Below, in pieces: positions 23,611-27,453 of a stretch of DNA of 27,453 nt; position 1 is the stretch's first letter; the number at the start of each line of letters is the position of its first letter. The position numbers were made by a program, and so were the translations under genes. The stretch is from a virus: the UHGV virus genome UHGV-1341913; one strand, given 5' to 3'. The notes beneath the pieces are model-generated. The model saw nothing but the letters and a program-made list of their open reading frames with translations, was not told the DNA's origin and ran no database searches.

Positions 23611-25035
23611 ATGACTTTTACAGTTGATATAACTCCTAAAACCCCAACAGGAGTTATTGATGAAACCAAGCAGTTTACTGCTACACCCAGTGGTCAAACT
23701 GAAGGTGGAACTATTACCTATGCTTGGAGTGTAGATAATGTTCCACAGGATGGAGATGAAGCAACTTTTAGCTATGTACTAAAAGGACCTGCAGGTCAAA
23801 AGACTATTAAAGTAGTTGCAACAAATACAGTTCCAGAATCTGAAGCTGAACCTGAAACAGCAGAAACTACGACAACTATCACAGTTCAAAATAAGACACA
23901 AACAACTACTTTAGCTGTAACTCCTGGTAGCCCTGATGCTGGAGTGATTGGAACTCCAATTGAATTTACCGCTGCCTTAGCTTCTCAACCTGATGGGGCA
24001 TCTGCTACGTATCAGTGGTATGTAGATGATTCTCAAATTGGTGAAGCGACTTCTGCTACATTTAGCTATACTCCAACTGCAAGTGGAGTAAAAAGAATTA
24101 AATGCGTAGCGCAAGTAACAGCAACAGATTATGACGCAAAAACAGTTACTTCTAATGAAGTATCATTAACAGTTAATAAGAAAACACAGACAACTACGTT
24201 AGCCGTAACTCCTGCTAATCCTGCTGCCGGAGTAATTGGAACCCCAGTTCAATTTACTGCTGCCTTGGATTCACAGCCACCAGGAGCGTCTGCTACGTAT
24301 CAGTGGTATGTTGACGGTTCTCTGGTCGATGGAGAAACTACTACTACATTTAACTATACTCCTACCACAGTTGGAGCTAAAACAGTTAAGTGTGTAGCCC
24401 AAGTAACTGCAGAAAATTACAATGAAAAGGAAGTTACTTCTAATGAAGTATCATTGACAGTTAATAAGAAGACAATGAATCCACAGGTTACATTGACTCC
24501 TCCTTCTATTAACGTTCAGCAAGATGCTTCGGCTACATTTACGGCTAATGTTACTGGAGCACCTGAAGCAGCACAAATTACTTATTCATGGAAGAAAGAT
24601 TCTTCTCCTGTAGAAGGGTCAACTAACGTATACACCGTTGACACCTCATCTATTGGAAGTCAAACTATTGAAGTTACTGCTGTCGTTACAGCAACTGACT
24701 ATGATAGTAAAACAGTTAAAGCGACTGGTCAAGTTCAGGTAACTGATAAAGTTGCTCCGGAACCAGAAGGTGAATTGCCTTATGTTCATCCTCTTCCACA
24801 TCGTACTTCGGCTTATATCTGGTGCGGTTGGTGGGTTATGGATGAAATCCAAAAAATGACCGAAGAAGGTAAAGATTGGAAAACTGAAGATCCAGATAGT
24901 AAATACTACCTGCATCGTTACACTCTTCAGAAGATGATGAAAGACTATCCAGAAGTTGATGTTCAAGAATCACGCAATGGATACATCATTCATAAAACTG
25001 CTTTAGAAACTGGTATCATCTATACCTATCCATAA
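23611..25035 (+). CDS. hoc: Hoc, highly immunogenic outer capsid protein (Ig-like domain decoration protein)
   Basis: 474-aa ORF made of tandem Ig-like modules plus the C-terminal capsid-binding region (YVHPLPHRTSAYIWCGWWVMDE...). It is about 98 aa longer than the 376-aa T4 Hoc I recall, through an internal domain duplication. Confidence 0.88.
   Translation: MTFTVDITPKTPTGVIDETKQFTATPSGQTEGGTITYAWSVDNVPQDGDEATFSYVLKGPAGQKTIKVVATNTVPESEAEPETAETTTTITVQNKTQTTTLAVTPGSPDAGVIGTPIEFTAALASQPDGASATYQWYVDDSQIGEATSATFSYTPTASGVKRIKCVAQVTATDYDAKTVTSNEVSLTVNKKTQTTTLAVTPANPAAGVIGTPVQFTAALDSQPPGASATYQWYVDGSLVDGETTTTFNYTPTTVGAKTVKCVAQVTAENYNEKEVTSNEVSLTVNKKTMNPQVTLTPPSINVQQDASATFTANVTGAPEAAQITYSWKKDSSPVEGSTNVYTVDTSSIGSQTIEVTAVVTATDYDSKTVKATGQVQVTDKVAPEPEGELPYVHPLPHRTSAYIWCGWWVMDEIQKMTEEGKDWKTEDPDSKYYLHRYTLQKMMKDYPEVDVQESRNGYIIHKTALETGIIYTYP
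23890..24462 (+). repeat. tandem duplication of a ~95-aa Ig-like domain inside hoc (unit A 23890..24174, unit B 24175..24462)
   Basis: Both units read NK(K)TQTTTLAVTP..GVIGTP..FTAAL.SQP.GASATYQWYVD...TF.YTPT..G.K..KCVAQVTA..Y..K.VTSNEVSLTVNKKT. Identical nucleotide stretches include tctgctacgtatcagtggtatgt and gttacttctaatgaagtatcatt. Confidence 0.8.
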
Positions 25036-25045
25036 TCATAATCAT

Positions 25046-25063
25046 AAGGGGCTTCGGCCCCTT
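25046..25063 (+). terminator. UUCG-loop hairpin after hoc (terminator or RNA-stability element)
   Basis: AAGGGGC-TTCG-GCCCCTT followed by T-rich tcttcatttt. The core AGGGGCTTCGGCCCCT is identical to the hairpin at 4329..4344. Confidence 0.55.
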
Positions 25064-25130
25064 TCTTCATTTTGAAAGCACACAAAACATACTCAGAAAA
25101 TGATGTATATAATGGCATCAACTCGATAAC

Positions 25131-25328
25131 ATGAGATTGATTATGAGAACTGAGGTTGTGGTGTTTACTCTTCATGAGTCTGGAAAGTCATTCATTGAAA
25201 TTGCTCGTGAATTAAACTTACAGGCGAAAGAAGTGGCTGTATTATGGGCTCGAGCTATGACTGCTAAGAATAAATTTGAAACTCGAGAAAAAGTTGTCTA
25301 TAGAAAAAGACATATTAATAAAAGGTGA
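25131..25328 (+). CDS. hypothetical protein, possible helix-turn-helix (24.3 position)
   Basis: 65-aa ORF. The SFIEIARELNLQAKEVAVLWARA segment looks HTH-like, which is a weak inference. An alternative ATG lies at 25143. Confidence 0.45.
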   Translation: MRLIMRTEVVVFTLHESGKSFIEIARELNLQAKEVAVLWARAMTAKNKFETREKVVYRKRHINKR

Positions 25329-25331
25329 AAA

Positions 25332-25610
25332 ATGGAACAGTATGATCTTTATGAAAATGAATCTTTTGCTAATCGATTACGCGAAAAAGCACTTAAAAGT
25401 AAACAGTTTAAGCTAGAGTGTTTTATTAAAGATTTTTCGGAACTTGCTAATAAAGCAGCTGAACAAGGTAAAACATATTTTAGTTATTATTGTACTGCTC
25501 GCGATAAATTGATTACTGAAGAAATTGGTGATTGGCTGAGAAAAGAAGGATTTAGCTTTAAAGTCAATAGTGATCAGCGTGATGGTGATTGGTTAGAAAT
25601 TACATTTTGA
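25332..25610 (+). CDS. hypothetical protein (24.2 position)
   Basis: 92-aa ORF with RBS aaaaggtga. Confidence 0.55.
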   Translation: MEQYDLYENESFANRLREKALKSKQFKLECFIKDFSELANKAAEQGKTYFSYYCTARDKLITEEIGDWLRKEGFSFKVNSDQRDGDWLEITF

Positions 25611-25619
25611 GGATTAATT

Positions 25620-26624
25620 ATGTTTAAAAAGTATAGCAGTCTTGAAAATCATTACAATTCTAAATTCATTGAAAAACTTTATAGTTTAGGATTGACTGGT
25701 GGCGAATGGGTAGCTCGTGAAAAGATTCATGGCACAAATTTCTCATTAATTATTGAGCGTGATAAAGTAACTTGTGCTAAACGCACTGGTCCTATTCTTC
25801 CTGCTGAAGATTTCTTTGGGTATGAAATTATTTTGAAGAATTACGCTGATTCCATTAAAGCAGTACAAGATATTATGGAAACTTCAGCGGTTGTATCTTA
25901 TCAAGTCTTCGGTGAATTTGCCGGACCTGGCATTCAGAAGAATGTCGATTATGGCGATAAAGATTTTTATGTATTTGACATTATTGTTACTACAGAAAGT
26001 GGTGATGTGACTTATGTCGATGATTATATGATGGAATCATTCTGTAATACATTTAAATTTAAAATGGCTCCACTTTTAGGTCGCGGTAAATTTGAAGAGC
26101 TTATTAAATTGCCAAATGATTTAGATTCTGTCGTCCAAGATTATAATTTTACAGTAGACCATGCTGGATTAGTTGATGCGAATAAATGCGTTTGGAATGC
26201 TGAAGTAAAAGGCGAAGTATTTACCGCTGAAGGATATGTATTGAAACCTTGTTATCCTTCTTGGATGCCTAATGGCAATCGCGTAGCTATCAAATGCAAG
26301 AACTCTAAATTTAGTGAAAAGAAAAAGTCTGATAAGCCTATTAAAGCTAAAGTTGAACTGTCAGAAGCTGATAACAAATTGGTTGGAATTTTAGCTTGTT
26401 ACGTTACACTGAACCGAGTAAATAACGTTATTTCTAAAATTGGCGAAATCGGTCCAAAAGATTTTGGAAAGGTGATGGGACTAACGGTTCAAGATATTTT
26501 GGAAGAAACTTCTCGTGAAGGTATTACTCTAACTCAAGCGGATAATCCTTCTTTGATTAAGAAGGAATTAGTTAAAATGGTACAAGATGTACTTCGTCCG
26601 GCTTGGATTGAATTGGTAAGTTAA
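25620..26624 (+). CDS. rnlB: RNA ligase 2 (Rnl2)
   Basis: 334-aa ORF with nucleotidyltransferase motif I lysine in EKIHGTNFS. Sequence recognised as T4 Rnl2 ([41 protein letters not shown]...). Confidence 0.93.
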   Translation: MFKKYSSLENHYNSKFIEKLYSLGLTGGEWVAREKIHGTNFSLIIERDKVTCAKRTGPILPAEDFFGYEIILKNYADSIKAVQDIMETSAVVSYQVFGEFAGPGIQKNVDYGDKDFYVFDIIVTTESGDVTYVDDYMMESFCNTFKFKMAPLLGRGKFEELIKLPNDLDSVVQDYNFTVDHAGLVDANKCVWNAEVKGEVFTAEGYVLKPCYPSWMPNGNRVAIKCKNSKFSEKKKSDKPIKAKVELSEADNKLVGILACYVTLNRVNNVISKIGEIGPKDFGKVMGLTVQDILEETSREGITLTQADNPSLIKKELVKMVQDVLRPAWIELVS

Positions 26625-26628
26625 ATAA

Positions 26629-26649
26629 AAAGGGACCTTCGGTCCCTTT
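26629..26649. terminator. bidirectional terminator hairpin between convergent rnlB and gene 24
   Basis: AAAGGGACC-TTC-GGTCCCTTT, flanked by A-run and T-run on either side. Confidence 0.65.
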
Positions 26650-26652
26650 GTT

Positions 26653-27453
26653 TTATTCATCAATGATAATTTTTGGTAACTTAACACCTAATAAAACAGA
26701 CAAATCTGAACGACCCGCCATTTTATCCATGTCTCCACCATCAATTACTCTTGCTTCTTTTTCATCTTTTGCTACAGTGTAAGGATTTGCAGATAAAGCA
26801 TATCTAACTAATAAACCGATAGATGGCTGCAAACTTTCTGGATCAACTACAACTTTAAATGCACCTACATGTTCAGGGTCATCTAAGTCAAGACCTTCTG
26901 TATACGGAGCATAGAAAATTGATCCAACAATTTCTTTTTCACCAATATTTTCTACTACGCCAACGATTACATAATCTAATGGACTGTTGGTATCGCAATA
27001 AAGCGGTAAACCATTAGCTAAGAACCCGTAGGCATTTTGTGAAAGATATTTGTCATCTTCTGGTTTATGTTTTAACCAACCTGATGCAGCAAGAATCGCA
27101 GCGGCACGAGCTGAAGCAACACAGAACGTTGCTGTATAAGTTGATTCTTTCTGAATATGTGAAACCATTTCACACACCATTCGGTATAATGAACGACCAG
27201 CTTCAGGTGCAGATGCATAACTCAAATCAATGAATCCAGTATCAGTAATTCCTGTAACTTTATAGCGTTTTGATACTGTAATCAAAGACTGTAGAATATC
27301 TTTATTGATTTCATCCGCCATTTCAGTTGCAAGCAAATCTTCCAAGAAATTAGGAGCATCGAATCCATTTGCTTCTAAATCTTGGAAGATTTGCTTGCAA
27401 CTCAAATCAATGAATCCAGTATCAGTAATTCCTGTAACTTTATAGCGTTTTGA
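26653..27453 (-). CDS. 24: head vertex protein gp24 (gp23 paralog), 3' portion; 5' end lies beyond the window
   Basis: Minus-strand frame is open to the window edge and ends at a TAA stop (plus-strand TTA at 26653..26655). C-terminal sequence ...GDMDKMAGRSDLSVLLGVKLPKIIIDE is consistent with gp24, downstream of rnlB as in T4. The ORF-track start at 27405 is a TTG inside the gene. Confidence 0.8.
   Translation of the reverse strand, partial: SKRYKVTGITDTGFIDLSCKQIFQDLEANGFDAPNFLEDLLATEMADEINKDILQSLITVSKRYKVTGITDTGFIDLSYASAPEAGRSLYRMVCEMVSHIQKESTYTATFCVASARAAAILAASGWLKHKPEDDKYLSQNAYGFLANGLPLYCDTNSPLDYVIVGVVENIGEKEIVGSIFYAPYTEGLDLDDPEHVGAFKVVVDPESLQPSIGLLVRYALSANPYTVAKDEKEARVIDGGDMDKMAGRSDLSVLLGVKLPKIIIDE
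27219..27453. repeat. exact 55-bp direct repeat (27219..27273 and 27399..27453) ending at the window edge
   Basis: aactcaaatcaatgaatccagtatcagtaattcctgtaactttatagcgttttga occurs twice, 180 bp apart and in frame within gene 24. The second copy terminates exactly at the last base of the window. Confidence 0.85.

Noticed and set aside
23890-24462. CRISPR-like or satellite tandem repeat
   Set aside because: The repeat units are about 285 bp, in frame and coding for Ig-like protein domains. There are no short direct repeats with unique spacers anywhere in the window.
25085-25113. Promoter upstream of the 25131 ORF (TATAAT at 25108..25113)
   Set aside because: No acceptable -35 (GTTTAC) or MotA box (TGCTT) at the right spacing. 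A lone TATAAT in AT-rich DNA is not sufficient.

Overview
This window is a contiguous block of a T4-like myovirus (Tequatrovirus-type) genome, in reverse orientation to the conventional T4 map, running from the cd (dCMP deaminase) early region through genes 31, rIII, the 30.9-30.1 small early genes, DNA ligase (30), alt, the baseplate hub/tail-tube genes (54-48-29-28-27-51 on the minus strand, 26-25 on the plus strand), uvsY, uvsW, inh, hoc and rnlB, into the 3' part of gene 24. Gene identities come from protein motifs visible in the translations and from my recollection of T4 proteins and gene order; no database search was run. Coding density is high and the regulatory signals are classic T4: TATAAATA late promoters, GTTTAC/TATAAT early promoters, a MotA-box middle promoter at uvsY, and GC-clamped UUCG-type hairpins. 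I found no CRISPR array, tRNA, rRNA or recognisable mobile element, and I do not see a clear-cut novel multi-gene system. Points that differ from what I remember of T4, or deserve a second look: (1) a roughly 400-bp ORF-free, relatively GC-rich island between rIII and 30.9; (2) two full-length tandem alt-type ADP-ribosyltransferase genes; (3) a Hoc that is about one Ig-like domain longer, through an internal tandem duplication; (4) a compositionally GC-rich NADAR/YbiA-like gene (30.3) and an adjacent HAD-like gene (30.2) in the early cluster; (5) a stable hairpin inside the coding start of the second alt gene; and (6) an exact 55-bp direct repeat ending precisely at the window edge inside gene 24, which looks like an assembly artefact.
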